From Amoebidium appalachense (Eukaryota; Protista; Ichthyosporea): 64,000 nt of DNA. The stretch's first letter is position 1. The number at the start of each line of letters is the position of its first letter. The DNA lies in the NCBI GenBank assembly GCA_963693365.1, contig CAVNZM010000003.1, positions 9,670,782-9,734,781 of the forward strand. Reading direction: 5' to 3'. Below the pieces are notes generated by a model, which saw only the letters and a program-made list of their open reading frames with translations, made no database searches and was not told the DNA's origin. Below are positions 63,138 to 64,000 of this stretch, one piece after another. The position numbers and the translations under genes were made by a program.

Positions 63138-63660
63138 ACCCCCACATACCCACACCACCACACACACACCAACACGTACGCACGGCGGGTTACAATTGGA
63201 GCCGGACAAGGCGATATGAGCCAGTGGCTCTGTCAGTGAGGACGGTGTTTCCCGCTTCCACAGCTGGTTGGTGGTGAAACCCTTGATTTAATTATAAATT
63301 TTATATTATTTTGAACCTTGTTTTGGGTTCTAGATTCGTGTGCTATACATACCTTTGAACACCTTTTTGCGATCAACAGAGAGTCCTGATACCTTAGGCC
63401 ATAGCTATGCCGGGGCCCCTCATACACAAACTAGTCGTTCGTGAGAGACTGAATGTTCGTCCAATTACATCATCTTTAAACCATTGTATGAACCCAATTG
63501 GACAAAAATCTCCCCCTCCCCCCCTTCCCCCCCCCCCTCCCATCCTTCTTCCGGTCCCACACCTGTTACCCTCCCTCCCCCTGATTGGCCGAGATGCACC
63601 AATAGCCAACACAAGTACTAAGTGTATAGACCAGCGCGCACATGTGCACACACACACAAA
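62391..63660. repeat. Diverged direct duplication of about 250 bp, about 1 kb apart (62391-62640 vs 63400-63660)
   Basis: gctatgccggg..aaaccat..poly-C..gagatgtaccaatagccaacacaagtgctaagcacatagactagcacgcacatg vs gagatgcaccaatagccaacacaagtactaagtgtatagaccagcgcgcacatg. Confidence 0.8.
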
Positions 63661-64000
63661 CATGACCATGTACACAACTAGACACATCTCCCCTTCCTCC
63701 CTACTCCCGCTACCACAAAACAAAGTAGCTCTACCCCCCCCCCCCCTCCCCACCTCCTGGCGCTTAACCCCTTCAAAATCTCAACGAGCTGACAAACAGC
63801 CAATCAGTGCCAGCCACACCAACTCTCCGAGTCCCAAACACCTCTTTCCAGTCCGGGCCTTTAGTTAGGGCGAGACCTTGGGGGTTTGACGTGATGGACA
63901 GCTCTGGTGGTGGCTCAACTTTGCCCAGGTTCTTTCCTTTGCACCCGTTTCACCCCGATTGAGTCCTCTCCCATAAGCAAACAAGCCATATATACATCGA

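Overview
Eukaryotic nuclear DNA (intron-rich, probably an opisthokont protist; the taxon is an inference). Most of the ORF track is noise from poly-C/poly-G and (CA)/(GT) tracts. I assembled spliced genes by hand, checking reading-frame phase at every junction. (1) A divergent, intronless pair of 56-aa Lys/Ala/Pro-rich microprotein genes with TATA/CCAAT promoters. (2) A 9-exon, single-lobe, membrane-anchored transferrin-like protein with PhnD-like segments. (3) A 32-exon MIOS/Sea4 (GATOR2) gene of about 924 aa. (4) A divergently oriented ankyrin-repeat gene with a long disordered N-terminus. (5) A partial TSP1-domain gene. (6) A 13-exon full-length ABCB/P-glycoprotein. The most unusual signals are the splice-site context (acceptors with (CA)n or poly-C instead of a U-rich tract, some introns with complementary GT/CA ends), three tandemly duplicated intron-exon junctions that all carry ATTTTCAT, a likely U12-type intron, and the transferrin/PhnD hybrid.
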